Assembly: GCA_963796455.1 (NCBI GenBank)
Contig: CAWCLO010000010.1
Location: forward strand, 512,001 to 576,000
From: Candidatus Sulfomarinibacteraceae bacterium
Lineage (GTDB): Bacteria; Acidobacteriota; Thermoanaerobaculia; Thermoanaerobaculales; Sulfomarinibacteraceae
Direction of reading: 5' to 3'
Length of the DNA stretch: 64,000 nucleotides
Below the pieces are notes generated by a model. It was given only the letters and a program-made list of their open reading frames with translations, had not been told where the DNA came from and did no database searches. A program made the position numbers and the translations under genes. Numbering within the stretch: the first letter of the stretch is position 1; the number at the start of each line of letters is the position of its first letter. Below, piece by piece: positions 51,694 to 64,000 of this stretch.

Positions 51694-51694
<1 letters not shown>
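51287..51694 (-). CDS. atpC: ATP synthase epsilon
   Basis: LEVVTP, GELGILPGH. Confidence 0.94.
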
Positions 51695-54012
<2,318 letters not shown>

Positions 54013-54020
<8 letters not shown>

Positions 54021-55545
54021 GGGCGGCCTCCGGGTGTTCCTTGAGGAAGAGATCCACTGCCGCCGTGATCAACGCCGACAACTCCTCCTCGGTCTTTTCA
54101 TCGAGGACTCCGGTGCTGGTGATTCGATCGAGTATTTCGGCGCCGTTGTCCAGGGCATAACGATGGAGACTGGGCTGGATGGCGCCGACGGCAGAAACGT
54201 TGAGCTTGTCGAAGAGACCATTGGTGCCACCGTAGATAGAAACGATCTGCAGAACCACCGGAACCGGTCGGTATTGACCCTGCTTGAGGAGCTCCATCAG
54301 GCGCTCGCCGCGGGCCAACTGGCGCTGAGTGGCCTTGTCGAGATCGGAACCGAACTGTGCAAACGCCGCCAACTCACGATATTGAGCCAGATTGAGTCGC
54401 AGCGATCCGGCAATGGATTTCATGGCCTTGATCTGAGCGTTGCCGCCGACCCGGCTCACCGAGAGACCGACGTTCACCGCCGGCCGCTGACCGGCAAAGA
54501 AGAGGTCTGACTCGAGGAAGATCTGTCCGTCGGTAATGGAAATCACGTTGGTAGGAATATAGGCCGAGAGATCGCCCATCTGGGTTTCGATCACCGGCAA
54601 CGCGGTCAGACTGCCGCCGCCGAGTTCGTTGTTGAGCTTTGCGGCGCGCTCGAGAAGCCGCGAGTGGAGATAGAAAACGTCGCCGGGATAGGCCTCGCGA
54701 CCGGGTGGGCGCCGCAGCAGGAGCGAGATTTCGCGGTAGGCCTGGGCGTGCTTGGTCAGGTCGTCGTAAAAACAGATCGCGTGGCCCTCGTTGTACATGA
54801 AGTACTCGCCGAGCGCCGCGCCGGCATAGGGCGCGAGATACTGCAGCGGCGCCGGCTCGGAAGCGGTCGCCGACACGATGATCGTGTGCTCCATGGCGCC
54901 GTTTTTCTCGAGGGTGGCGATCACCTGGGCCACGGTCGAGGCTTTCTGGCCGATGGCGACGTAGATGCAGACGTTGCCGGTGCCCTTCTGATTGATGATC
55001 GAGTCAAGGATCACCGCTGTTTTTCCGGTCTGTCGGTCACCGATGATGAGCTCGCGCTGACCGCGACCGATCGGAATCATGGCATCGATGGCCATGATGC
55101 CGGTCTGCATCGGCTCTTTCACTCCCTGGCGGGCCACGACTCCGGGCGCGGTGCGCTCGAGCGGATAGTTTTCCACCGAGACCACGGGGCCCTTACCGTC
55201 GAGGGGTCTGCCGAGTGGGTCGACCACCCTTCCGACCAGCTCCGGGCCGACCGGTATATTGAGGATGCGCTTGGTGCGCTTGGCCTGGTCGCCCTCCTGA
55301 ACGAGGTGGACTTCGCCCATCAGCACGCAACCCACATTGTCGTCCTCGAGGTTGAGGGCGAGGCCGAAGACGTCGTGCGGGAGCTCGATCAACTCACCCG
55401 CCATCGCGCCATCGAGGCCGTAGATGCGGGCGATACCATCTCCGACGGAGATGACCGTACCGACCTCGGACATGTCGATGGTGGTTTCGAATCCTTCGAT
55501 TTGGCGGCGGATGATGTCCGCGATTTCGGCGGCTTTGATTTGCAT
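54013..55545 (-). CDS. atpA: ATP synthase alpha
   Basis: [23 protein letters not shown]. Confidence 0.98.
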
Positions 55546-55548
55546 GTC

Positions 55549-56100
55549 TTACCCCTGTTCGATCTCGATCTCTTTGCTCAAGCGATTCAATTCACCAGCC
55601 AGCGAGCCATCAAAGACCCGCGACCCAACTTGCATTTTGAAGCCACCCAGGAGTTCCCGATCGGCGCCGAAATCGGCGACCACTGAAGCTCCCTCGACGG
55701 CCGAGATGGCCTCCACCAGACGACGCTGTTCACTTTCTTCGAGGTCGACGGCGGTCTCGACCCGCGCCCGGACACGGCCGAGGCTCTGATCGACGAGCTC
55801 GCGGTATGTCTCCGCGATATCTTGCATGTGTTGCATCCGGTAATGCTGTTGAACAACATGCAGGAAGCGGCGCGTCGGTTGCCCGATCTCCAAGGCGTCG
55901 ATGACCGAGTCCAGGATCTTGGACTTGGTCTCCACCGGGACCATCGGGGTGACGAGAACACGCTCGAAATCGGGCACGGCGTCAAGCGCCTCCACCACCC
56001 GATCGAGCTCCCCAGCCACCCCTTCGGCGCGCTGCGGGTCCTCTTTCTGAACAACCGTCAAAAGCGCCTTGGCGTACGGCTGCGCTCTGAAGCGGCCCAT
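55549..56100 (-). CDS. atpH: ATP synthase delta
   Basis: YAKAL, LLGG...DGS; operon position. Confidence 0.9.
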   Translation of the reverse strand: MGRFRAQPYAKALLTVVQKEDPQRAEGVAGELDRVVEALDAVPDFERVLVTPMVPVETKSKILDSVIDALEIGQPTRRFLHVVQQHYRMQHMQDIAETYRELVDQSLGRVRARVETAVDLEESEQRRLVEAISAVEGASVVADFGADRELLGGFKMQVGSRVFDGSLAGELNRLSKEIEIEQG

Positions 56101-56102
56101 CT

Positions 56103-56699
56103 CTACTCCTTGCCCTCGAGGGATTTCATGGCGTCGAGGCTGCGCTCGAGCACTCTCCGGCGATCGTCGTCGGTCATCTCCCGCTCGAGAAGGTCTCGCG
56201 CCAGCTGCGCCGTGAGGTCGGTGGCGTCCTGGGCGAGCCGCGCCCGTGTCTCGGCCTCACGTCGCGAGATCTCATCCTCAACCCGGTTGAGAAAGCGCTC
56301 TTCCTCGACCTTGGTCTGGTCGGCGATTCGCTCCGCCTCGGCCGCACCATCCTGTTCGGCCCGCGCCCGGAGTTCGGCGATTTCGCTTTCGACATCGGTG
56401 AGGCGTTTGGCGGCGTCGGCCTGCAGACGGTCCGCCTCTTCCAATTGCTTGCGGGCGTTCTGCAATTCTTCGGCAATGCCGTTGCGGCGCGATTCGAGCG
56501 ATGCCATCATTGGTTTGCCCACCAGGCGGCTCAATACATAGAGGAAGAGAATCAGATTGACCGGTAACCAGATGTAGTCCGGGATACCGAGGTGGGTCTG
56601 ACCCTCGTCAACCAGATAGGCCAGAATCAGAGCGAGAATGAAGAGGACGATCCAAGCGATCGGAAACGAGCGCCCTCCCGCAGCCTTTGGACGTGTCAT
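56103..56699 (-). CDS. atpF: ATP synthase F0 subunit b
   Basis: TM segments + long coiled coil, upstream of atpH. Confidence 0.85.
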   Translation of the reverse strand: MTRPKAAGGRSFPIAWIVLFILALILAYLVDEGQTHLGIPDYIWLPVNLILFLYVLSRLVGKPMMASLESRRNGIAEELQNARKQLEEADRLQADAAKRLTDVESEIAELRARAEQDGAAEAERIADQTKVEEERFLNRVEDEISRREAETRARLAQDATDLTAQLARDLLEREMTDDDRRRVLERSLDAMKSLEGKE

Positions 56700-57127
56700 A
56701 CGCGCAGCTCCCGTCCGAGCAGTCTGCCGGCCAGCAATCTCGCCAGTTCTTCGACCCGGGTGCGGAGGTCGCCGCGAACCGCGTCGGCTTCGCGGTCGAG
56801 ATCTTCGAGAACCGCATTGAGGCGCTCGTCGGCCTTGGCGCGGGCTTCGTCAAGGGTTTTCTGCCGGGCGTCCATGGCGAGTTGGCGTGCGTCGGCGCGA
56901 ACTTTCCCCGCATCCCTGGCGGCGCTCGCGACCTCCTCCTCGACCTTGGCGACGGCGGTGAGAAATTCCTCGTTCTTTGCCGACCACTCCATTTGTGCTT
57001 CGTCAATTCGGTGATGCCGGTCGTCCATGACGGCAGCAACCGGACGAATCAAAAAACGGTTGACGATCCACAGGGTCACCCAGAAGCAGATCATCACAAA
57101 AATCAACGACATATTCGGAGGGGTCAT
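56696..57127 (-). CDS. ATP synthase F0 subunit b' (second b-type subunit)
   Basis: TM + coiled coil, FLIRPV. Confidence 0.85.
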   Translation of the reverse strand: MTPPNMSLIFVMICFWVTLWIVNRFLIRPVAAVMDDRHHRIDEAQMEWSAKNEEFLTAVAKVEEEVASAARDAGKVRADARQLAMDARQKTLDEARAKADERLNAVLEDLDREADAVRGDLRTRVEELARLLAGRLLGRELRV

Positions 57128-57187
57128 AGGCCGCTCCCAGAGCGATCCGCTCCCAAGCTCAGCCTTGTGCTCAGCAAGGGGCGGCTC

Positions 57188-57216
57188 AAGCTAACAAATT
57201 CCCCAAGCAGGGTCAA
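57188..57216 (-). promoter_or_regulatory. Promoter of atp operon
   Basis: TTGACC-N17-TAGCTT. Confidence 0.55.
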
Positions 57217-57587
57217 GACGTAGGCGCAGCTTTGTTTGTGTTTTTCTTCACAACTTTGGAGTCCATGCTCACCGAGCCTTCGAGAAAGGCTCCATCCTCC
57301 ATCACGAGGGCCGGGGTCTGGATGTCAGCCCACACCTTGGCGGTGTCGTGGAGGAAAACCTGTTCGGTGGCGCGGATGCTGCCGCGAACCTCGCCGCCGA
57401 TCACACAACGGGCGACCTCGAGCTCACCCTCCACCACGCCGCCCTCACCAACCACCAACTCGGCTTTCGAGCGGACGGTCCCCTCGACGCGCCCATCGAC
57501 GCGGAAATAGGTCGAAAACTCGAGTTCTCCTCGAATTGTGCACCCGGAATCGACAAAACCATTGAGGGAATCTCCTCCTCGAGCCAT
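57213..57587 (-). CDS. Bactofilin (polymer-forming cytoskeletal protein)
   Basis: Beta-helix repeats RVDGRVEG, VGEGGVVEG, MEDGAFLEG. Confidence 0.9.
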   Translation of the reverse strand: MARGGDSLNGFVDSGCTIRGELEFSTYFRVDGRVEGTVRSKAELVVGEGGVVEGELEVARCVIGGEVRGSIRATEQVFLHDTAKVWADIQTPALVMEDGAFLEGSVSMDSKVVKKNTNKAAPTS

Positions 57588-58444
57588 TACGCACCCCCCA
57601 TCAAGAGATCGAATATTCGCATGAGCTCTTCCTGATCAACCGCTGAAATAACCACCCGGCCGCCTCGCCCCCGATTCAGAATCTCAACCGGGGCACCCAG
57701 CTTCAACGAAAGCTTTTCCGCCGCGGCGAGCATATTCGGATCTGGCGTCGGCGGGGTTTTCCGCCGAACAGGGGCCGCCTCGGCGCGGGCTTCTTTGGCT
57801 GCGCGTTCCACGTCTCGGACGCTGAGAGCCTCTTCGACGGCCCGCCGGGCCCAGCTCAGGCGCAATGCCTCGTCAGCAAAGGCGAGGAGGGCTCGACCAT
57901 GCCCCGCCGAAAGGTCGCCGAGCTCAACAAGCTCTTGTATTTCGTTCTGTAACTTCAATAAACGCAATGAGTTAGCAACGGTGCTCCGATCCATGCCGAC
58001 GCGTGTCGCGATCTCGGCCTGGGACAGGCCGAGACTCGTTCTGAGGTGTTCGAAAGCCCGCGCCTCTTCCATCGGTGTGAGGTCCCGTCGTTGCAGATTC
58101 TCGACCAACGCCAACTCGAGTTGGTCGGCCGCCACCAACCGTTCCCGGATCACCGCCGGGACTGTCTTCAGCCCGGCCATCCTGGCCGCGCGCCATCGCC
58201 GCTCGCCGGTGACCAGGACATATCGATCGGGTCCGTCTTCCGAGACCAGCAGGGGTTGCAGCACGCCGTGGCGCTCGATGGACGCCGCCAACTCTGCAAG
58301 CCCCTCTTCGTCGAAACGGTGCCGGGGCTGGTGAGGATTCGGTCGTAGCCTGTCGATCGAAATCTCCGCCATGCCCTCCCGCGCCTGCGTTGTGTCCGGA
58401 ATCAGGGCCTTCAATCCGCGCCCGAGGGCCTGTTTAGCGGACAT
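57587..58444 (-). CDS. parB: Chromosome partitioning protein ParB
   Basis: LGRGLKAL, NPHQPR, GERRWRAA, ENLQRRDL. Confidence 0.95.
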   Translation of the reverse strand: MSAKQALGRGLKALIPDTTQAREGMAEISIDRLRPNPHQPRHRFDEEGLAELAASIERHGVLQPLLVSEDGPDRYVLVTGERRWRAARMAGLKTVPAVIRERLVAADQLELALVENLQRRDLTPMEEARAFEHLRTSLGLSQAEIATRVGMDRSTVANSLRLLKLQNEIQELVELGDLSAGHGRALLAFADEALRLSWARRAVEEALSVRDVERAAKEARAEAAPVRRKTPPTPDPNMLAAAEKLSLKLGAPVEILNRGRGGRVVISAVDQEELMRIFDLLMGGA

Positions 58445-59225
58445 GGGCTGCCTCCATCCTCTGCAGATACTCCCGCCCGAGTTCGAGATAAGCCTGCGAT
58501 CCACGGCTTCGGAGGTCATAGGCGTGGATCGGTCGCCCAAAAGAGGGCGCCTCAGCCAACCTCACGTTGCGCGGCACGACCGACTGAAAGACCAGGTCGC
58601 CAAAGACCGACCGAACCTCCTCGGCGACCTGTTGCGCGAGATTGGTTCGTTCGTCATACATGGTCAGCAGCACACCATCAATCGAGAGGTTGGGGTTGAG
58701 GTATCGCCGAACCTCCTCCACCGTCTTCATCAGCATTGAAACCCCTTCCATTGCGTAGTACTCGCACTGGATGGGAACGACAAGCCCATCTGCGGCGGCC
58801 AGGGCGTTGACCGTCAAAAGACTCAAAGAAGGGGGACAATCCACCAGCACAAAGCGAAACCGCGAGACTTCGTCTGCGGCCAGCGCGTCGCGAAGCCGGA
58901 ATTCCCGCCCGACCATGCCAACCAGTTCGACCTCCGCCCCGGCCAAGTCCGGGGTGGCGGGAACCACCGAAAGGTGGGGAAACTCCGACGGTTGAGCGAC
59001 TTCATCGACCGTCGCATCGCCCAGAAGCACATCATAGGATGTCCGTCGCCCATTCTGCGCGTCAAAGCCGAGCCCCGAACTGCAATTGGACTGGGGATCA
59101 AAGTCCACCAAAAGAGTCTTTTTCTCATAGGCCGCGAGAGCCGCACCGAGATTGATCGTGGTGGTGGTTTTTCCGACCCCGCCCTTCTGGTTGACGACGG
59201 CGACAATCCGCGCCTTTCCGCTCAT
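58434..59225 (-). CDS. parA: Chromosome partitioning ATPase ParA/Soj
   Basis: NQKGGVGKTT, DCPPSL, QCEYYA, RLAEAPS. Confidence 0.95.
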   Translation of the reverse strand: MSGKARIVAVVNQKGGVGKTTTTINLGAALAAYEKKTLLVDFDPQSNCSSGLGFDAQNGRRTSYDVLLGDATVDEVAQPSEFPHLSVVPATPDLAGAEVELVGMVGREFRLRDALAADEVSRFRFVLVDCPPSLSLLTVNALAAADGLVVPIQCEYYAMEGVSMLMKTVEEVRRYLNPNLSIDGVLLTMYDERTNLAQQVAEEVRSVFGDLVFQSVVPRNVRLAEAPSFGRPIHAYDLRSRGSQAYLELGREYLQRMEAAHVR

Positions 59226-59291
59226 AGATCCCTCCCGCACACCACCCTCCGGGGGGCACCAATGACTGATTTCAGAAGGCGTCGTAGAATT

Positions 59292-59307
59292 TGTTTCACG
59301 TGGAACA
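59292..59307. promoter_or_regulatory. parS centromere site
   Basis: TGTTTCACGTGGAACA, 1 mismatch to TGTTTCACGTGAAACA; overlaps the rsmG stop. Confidence 0.9.
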
Positions 59308-59892
59308 TTGTCGCAAACGTACAAGCCGGCCGCGATCAAGGCCGGGTAGTTGCGAGCTTAACACACGCCACCCCGACGGCTCTCCCAGGTCCCGCTCCCC
59401 ATCCTCGGTCGTCCAAACGAGGACCTCACCACACTCATCCAACCGCCCGCCCGCCCACTCCACAATCGCTTCGTGGGAACCCACCGCTCTCGCGGTCACG
59501 GCCGTGAACAGCCCATCTTCATGAAAATCCTGGTATCGGACCCGCTCGACCCGGGCGTCGAGACCGAGTTCACGGATGACCAGACGCAGAAAAGCCCAAC
59601 GCTTCTGCCGCGGTTCGAGCAGGACCCCCTGCCACCCCGGCAGCACAGCCAGAAGCGGAACCCCAGGCAGACCCGCGCCACTCCCCACATCGAGCAGGTT
59701 GCCCGCCGGGGGAAGAAGGTCTCGCGCTGCCAGCGCATCCCCAATGTGCCGCTCCACGAGCTCCTTTCGGCTGCCGAAGCGGACCAGGTTATGGCGCGCG
59801 GACCAGCGCTCGAGGAGGCGGGCATAACACACCAGGCGATCGAGCCCATCACCCGAACCATAGGGCGCCAGGAGATCAACAAAGGAGGTCAT
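59296..59892 (-). CDS. rsmG: 16S rRNA m7G527 methyltransferase
   Basis: HNLV, RHIGD, DVGSGAGLPG, TARA. Confidence 0.92.
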   Translation of the reverse strand: MTSFVDLLAPYGSGDGLDRLVCYARLLERWSARHNLVRFGSRKELVERHIGDALAARDLLPPAGNLLDVGSGAGLPGVPLLAVLPGWQGVLLEPRQKRWAFLRLVIRELGLDARVERVRYQDFHEDGLFTAVTARAVGSHEAIVEWAGGRLDECGEVLVWTTEDGERDLGEPSGWRVLSSQLPGLDRGRLVRLRQCST

Positions 59893-59949
59893 CGCGCACC
59901 AGCAACATCGTCCTGCATTATCCACCACCCCGACCCATCGCTGCGGTGC

Positions 59950-61806
59950 CTATTTTCCGCCGCCGACACGGGCGGCAAGAATGGCGAGCGCCGCCGGCGT
60001 CATGGCGGGCAGGCGCTCGGCTTCGGCAAGCGTTTTGGGTTGCTCGCGGAGGATGTTTTCGGCGATTTCCCGCGACAAGCCGGGGAGCGCCCTCGGGTCG
60101 AGATCCGGCGGAATCGCCACATGCCGTAGCCGTTTGATCCGTTCTTGCTCCCGTTCGCTGCGTTTGAGATAACCCTCATAACGCAGTTGCCCGATCACGA
60201 TCCTCCGGTCTTCGGAGGAAAGACCGCTGAAATGGGGGAGTTCGGCCGCCACCTTTTCGGCTTCAACGTCCTGTCGCCGCAGAATCTGGGCCCATGTCGC
60301 CGGGTTGGTCAACTCGATCCCCGCGAGCTCCTGCAGGATGGCCCGGGTCTCCCTGTCGGGGTTGAGGCGCTCGTTTTCAAGCTCCTCTCGCGCCCCTCTG
60401 CGCCGCTCCCACCGCGCATGTTCCACGTGAAACATCCGGTCTGCAACCAACCCGAAGCGCCGACCATCCGGCATCATGCGCTCCCGGGCCGAGTCAACAC
60501 CGAGAACCAATCGGTGTTCCGCCCTGGAAGTAAACATCCGGTAGGGCTCGCGATGTTCTCGCCCGCATACATCATCCACCAGCACGCCGAGGTACGAATT
60601 CTCGCGTCCCGGCACAAAGGGCTCCTCGCCCCTGTGCGCCAGGGCGATGTTGATCCCGGCGAGAATCCCCAGCGCCGCCGCCTCCTCGTATCCGGAGGTG
60701 CCGATCAACTGACCCGCCACATACAGACCGTCCACCGCCCGCGCCGCCAGATTGGTGGAGACCTGTTTCGGCGCGATCACGTCGTACTCGACGGCGTAGC
60801 CATACTGCAGAAAGTTCGCCTCCTCGAGACCCTCGATACTGTGGATGATCCGTTCCTGTACATCGGCAGGCAGACTTGTCGACAGACCGTTGACATAGAT
60901 GCGGTCGCTTTCCAGACCCTCCGGCTCGAGAAAGACCACGTGGTGTTCGTGGTGTGGAAATCGCACAACCTTGTCCTCGATCGATGGACAATACCGCGGC
61001 CCGACACCATCGATCTCGCCGCTGAAGAGGGGCGAGCGATGAATGTTCTCGCGGATGATCTCGCCAACCTCCAGCGGTGTTCGCGTCACCCAACACACAC
61101 AGCGATTTTCTACCGTTCTTCGGGTTCGCCACGAAAAGACTCTCGGAACCTCGTCTCCATGCTGTTCCTCGAGCATTTCGAGATCGAGACTCTTGCGAGA
61201 TAAGCGCGGCGGGGTTCCCGTCTTGAAGCGTCGCAGCTCGAGACCGAGCCGACGGAGATCCGCCCCGAGGGCCGAGCTGGGTCGTTCACCCAGGCGGCCC
61301 CCCGGTCGGCGGTCGTCGCCGGTATGGAGCAGGCCCCCGAGAAAGGTGCCCGTCGTCAGGAGCACCGCCCCCCCGAACAAGCGCCCACCAGAACTCAGAT
61401 GCACTCCCTTGACTCGGCGATCGTCCGTCAACAGCCCGGCGACCTCGTCCTCCACCAGCTCGACGCCGCGCAAACCCTCCACAACTCGGCGCATCACCGT
61501 GGCATACAGGATTTTGTCGCATTGCGCCCGCGGGCCCCACACCGCCGGCCCCCGAGAACGATTGAGCACTTTGAAGTGGATGCCCGCCCGGTCCGCCGCC
61601 CATCCCTGGAGCCCACCCAGCGCATCGAGTTCCGCCACCAGATGACCCTTGCCGATGCCACCGATCGCCGGGTTGCACGGCATCTGCGCCGCCGTTTCCC
61701 GATGCAGCGTGATCAGCGCGACCGAAAGGCCCATCCGTGACGCAGCCGCGGCAGCTTCACAGCCCGCGTGGCCGGCGCCCACAACCACCAGATCGAAGCT
61801 GTCCAT
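59950..61806 (-). CDS. mnmG: tRNA modification enzyme MnmG/GidA
   Basis: GAGHAGCEAA, CNPAIGG, GPRYCPSIEDK, GYEEAA. Confidence 0.97.
   Translation of the reverse strand: MDSFDLVVVGAGHAGCEAAAAASRMGLSVALITLHRETAAQMPCNPAIGGIGKGHLVAELDALGGLQGWAADRAGIHFKVLNRSRGPAVWGPRAQCDKILYATVMRRVVEGLRGVELVEDEVAGLLTDDRRVKGVHLSSGGRLFGGAVLLTTGTFLGGLLHTGDDRRPGGRLGERPSSALGADLRRLGLELRRFKTGTPPRLSRKSLDLEMLEEQHGDEVPRVFSWRTRRTVENRCVCWVTRTPLEVGEIIRENIHRSPLFSGEIDGVGPRYCPSIEDKVVRFPHHEHHVVFLEPEGLESDRIYVNGLSTSLPADVQERIIHSIEGLEEANFLQYGYAVEYDVIAPKQVSTNLAARAVDGLYVAGQLIGTSGYEEAAALGILAGINIALAHRGEEPFVPGRENSYLGVLVDDVCGREHREPYRMFTSRAEHRLVLGVDSARERMMPDGRRFGLVADRMFHVEHARWERRRGAREELENERLNPDRETRAILQELAGIELTNPATWAQILRRQDVEAEKVAAELPHFSGLSSEDRRIVIGQLRYEGYLKRSEREQERIKRLRHVAIPPDLDPRALPGLSREIAENILREQPKTLAEAERLPAMTPAALAILAARVGGGK
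60419..60434. promoter_or_regulatory. parS site inside mnmG
   Basis: TGTTCCACGTGAAACA, encoding MFHVEH in MnmG. Confidence 0.88.
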
Positions 61807-61809
61807 CGC

Positions 61810-63138
61810 CTATTTGCCGACACAAAAGGCGCTGTAGATCTCGTCGAGCACCTCTTCGGAATCGACCTCGCCCACCAGTTCGGAAATCGCGCTGAGGGCC
61901 CATCGGACCTGCTCGGCAGCAAGCTCTGGAGACTCCGCGGAACAACCCCGCAACTCCTGGTCGGCACGTTCAAGCGCGCGCCGGTGGCGAGCCGCTATGG
62001 CAACGGCCCCCCCGAGGTCCGGGATCTCACCGCTGGCCATATCCGCCAGCCGCCGGCGCAGGGAATCCAGGCCCTCACCCGTGCGGCACGAAACCGGAAG
62101 GCTCTCTCCTGCCATCGAGCGACCGGTGCCGAGGTCGGCCTTCGACGCGATTTTGATCGTCGCCACACCCTCGGGCAAGGCAGGCATCACCTCTTCGGGC
62201 CCGGCATCTGCAGCCCGCATCAGCAAAACGATGTCTGCGGCCGCGGCGGCGCCCATCGCGCGCCGGTGTCCTTCGGCCTCGACCGAACCTTCCGCCTGCC
62301 GCAGACCCGCCGTGTCCTGGAGGACGGAAGCCACACCACCAAGATCGATCTCGGCCTCGAGAACATCCCTCGTGGTTCCGGGGTGGGGAGAGACGATCGC
62401 CCGCTCAAAACCACACAAGGTGTTGAAAAGAGTGGATTTGCCTGAGTTTGGCGCACCCAGAATCACGATGCGCACGCCGTCTCGGATTCGTTTGCCGGCC
62501 GCCGCCGTCGCCAACTGTTCGGCGATTTTCGTGCGGCACGCCGCCAGCGGCCCCTCCATCTCCGCCGCCGCGACTTCCACACCCTGGGCCTGGTAGTCAA
62601 GGGCCGCCTCGATGGCGGCGAGAAGTGAGATCAAGCCCTGTCGCAACTCGGAGAAGGTCTGCGACAAAACACCATTCAGCTGCTGTCTCGCATTGTGGAG
62701 CTGCCAGCCGGTTTCGGCGTCCACGAGGTCGCGCACGGCCTCCGCCTGCACGAGATCCAACTTTCCATTGGCCACCGCGCGACGGGTGAACTCGCCCGGC
62801 TCGGCAAGCCGCGCGCCGGCCCCGACACAGGCCTCGATCACGGCCTCGACGAGATAGGGAGAACCGTGCACACTCAACTCGAGCATGTCCTCTCCCGTAT
62901 AGGACCGGGGAGCGAGGTAGGGCACGACCACTCCTCGCTCGATCTGCTCGCCATCGCGGCCGAATATTTCCACGAGGGCGGCCCGGCCGGCATGATCGAA
63001 ATCGGCTCGAGGGCAGACCACGCCGGCGACCCGTGCAGAATCGGGCCCGCTGAGCCGGATCACCGCCAGGGCGCCGCGGCCCGGAGCCGAGGCCCGGGCG
63101 ACGATGGTTTCAGCGCCGCCGGCGAGGGCGGATGACAA
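61810..63138 (-). CDS. mnmE: tRNA modification GTPase MnmE/TrmE
   Basis: SYTGED, GEFTRRA, GAPNSGKST, GTTRD, DTAG, FCVGK; start approximate (TTG 63138). Confidence 0.95.
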   Translation of the reverse strand: MSSALAGGAETIVARASAPGRGALAVIRLSGPDSARVAGVVCPRADFDHAGRAALVEIFGRDGEQIERGVVVPYLAPRSYTGEDMLELSVHGSPYLVEAVIEACVGAGARLAEPGEFTRRAVANGKLDLVQAEAVRDLVDAETGWQLHNARQQLNGVLSQTFSELRQGLISLLAAIEAALDYQAQGVEVAAAEMEGPLAACRTKIAEQLATAAAGKRIRDGVRIVILGAPNSGKSTLFNTLCGFERAIVSPHPGTTRDVLEAEIDLGGVASVLQDTAGLRQAEGSVEAEGHRRAMGAAAAADIVLLMRAADAGPEEVMPALPEGVATIKIASKADLGTGRSMAGESLPVSCRTGEGLDSLRRRLADMASGEIPDLGGAVAIAARHRRALERADQELRGCSAESPELAAEQVRWALSAISELVGEVDSEEVLDEIYSAFCVGK

Positions 63139-63706
63139 TCCGCTTGAGAAAGCCGTCGCCATCAGATTCGGTCTCCACTCCGGGGTCATCGGCCAGCGCG
63201 AGGTGAATCTCTCGGCGAGCCGCCGGGGTCAGCGGTCCAAGCGTGACCGGCGCGCCGCGCCGCAGCGCCTCGTCGGCTGCGGCCTCCGCCCGATCCTGAA
63301 GCTTCATCGCGCGCCGTTCTTTGAATCCGTCACAATCGAGGTGAACAGGAAGGTGTTCGGACAAGCGCCGGTTGAGAATGCGGTTGCAGAGATACTGCAG
63401 CGAATCCAGGCCACGACCGCCCGAAGCCGTCAACAACCCCAGATCGTTTCCTCGCAACTCCCCCTCGAGGGCATCCTCTCCGAGCTCGAGCTGCGCCGTG
63501 ATCTCCAGCCCACCCGAACGAAAAGATTCGGCTAGAAAAAGACCCAGAACGGCAACTGGATCGACTTCGGCGTCGACCTCGGCACCATCGCCCGAGTCAT
63601 CCACAACCTCGTAATGCAGCTCTTCCATGCGGGCTCGCAGCCCATGACTCGCCGCACTCAGTGCTTCGTCGAGGTTGGCGCCCGTGAAGCGCTTGGCCCT
63701 GGTCAT
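63110..63706 (-). CDS. jag: Jag/KhpB (EloR) RNA-binding protein
   Basis: Jag_N, KH-like LDSLQYL, R3H RREIH; lies between yidC and mnmE. Confidence 0.85.
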   Translation of the reverse strand: MTRAKRFTGANLDEALSAASHGLRARMEELHYEVVDDSGDGAEVDAEVDPVAVLGLFLAESFRSGGLEITAQLELGEDALEGELRGNDLGLLTASGGRGLDSLQYLCNRILNRRLSEHLPVHLDCDGFKERRAMKLQDRAEAAADEALRRGAPVTLGPLTPAARREIHLALADDPGVETESDGDGFLKRIVIRPRRRR

Positions 63707-64000
63707 TTTTTGCCGTCCTTTCTCTTTTTCCCACCGCCGCGTTTGCGCTCACCCACGATATGGAGGGTGATCTCCTGTTGGATGATCGTAATCACGTTGT
63801 TGGCAAGCCAGTACAGCACCAACCCGGCGGGAAACTGGAGGAACATGATGCCGAAAATCAGCGGCATCATCCGCATGATCCGCTGCTGCTGCGGGTCACC
63901 AGCCTGCGGGGCGAGGCGCTGTTGCAGCCACATGGTCGCGGTCATCAAAACCGGCGTGACATAGAGCGGGTCTTTGGCCGACAGATCCGTTATCCACAGC
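63703..64000 (-). CDS. yidC: Membrane protein insertase YidC, 3' part
   Basis: [35 protein letters not shown]. Confidence 0.93.
   Translation of the reverse strand, partial: LWITDLSAKDPLYVTPVLMTATMWLQQRLAPQAGDPQQQRIMRMMPLIFGIMFLQFPAGLVLYWLANNVITIIQQEITLHIVGERKRGGGKKRKDGKK

Overview
A GC-rich bacterial chromosome segment next to the replication origin region (yidC-jag-mnmE-mnmG-rsmG-parA-parB, with two parS sites). Gene content and order suggest Acidobacteriota, possibly Thermoanaerobaculia-like; this taxonomy is an inference. Most of the window is housekeeping: fur, tyrS, ferritin, purD/purE, pta, cysK, ruvA/ruvB, mreBCD-mrdA-rodA-rng, mqnC, rho, tig-clpP-clpX-lon-yihA, lexA, a split atp operon and three tRNAs. 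The standout is a ~0.9-1.1 kb cassette present twice (22211-23295, splitting ruvA from ruvB, and 43661-44594). It has no transposase and encodes a four-helix-bundle protein of the 23S-rRNA-IVP/Avd-like family. The gene is wrapped in nested inverted repeats, and a 138-nt hairpin buries its ribosome-binding site. This hairpin is better conserved between the copies than the protein is. Two gene-less inverted simple-repeat elements with similar outer architecture sit after tyrS and rho. Also notable are an MglA-type GTPase-GAF-histidine kinase fusion that lacks the phospho-accepting His, and several apparently leaderless genes.
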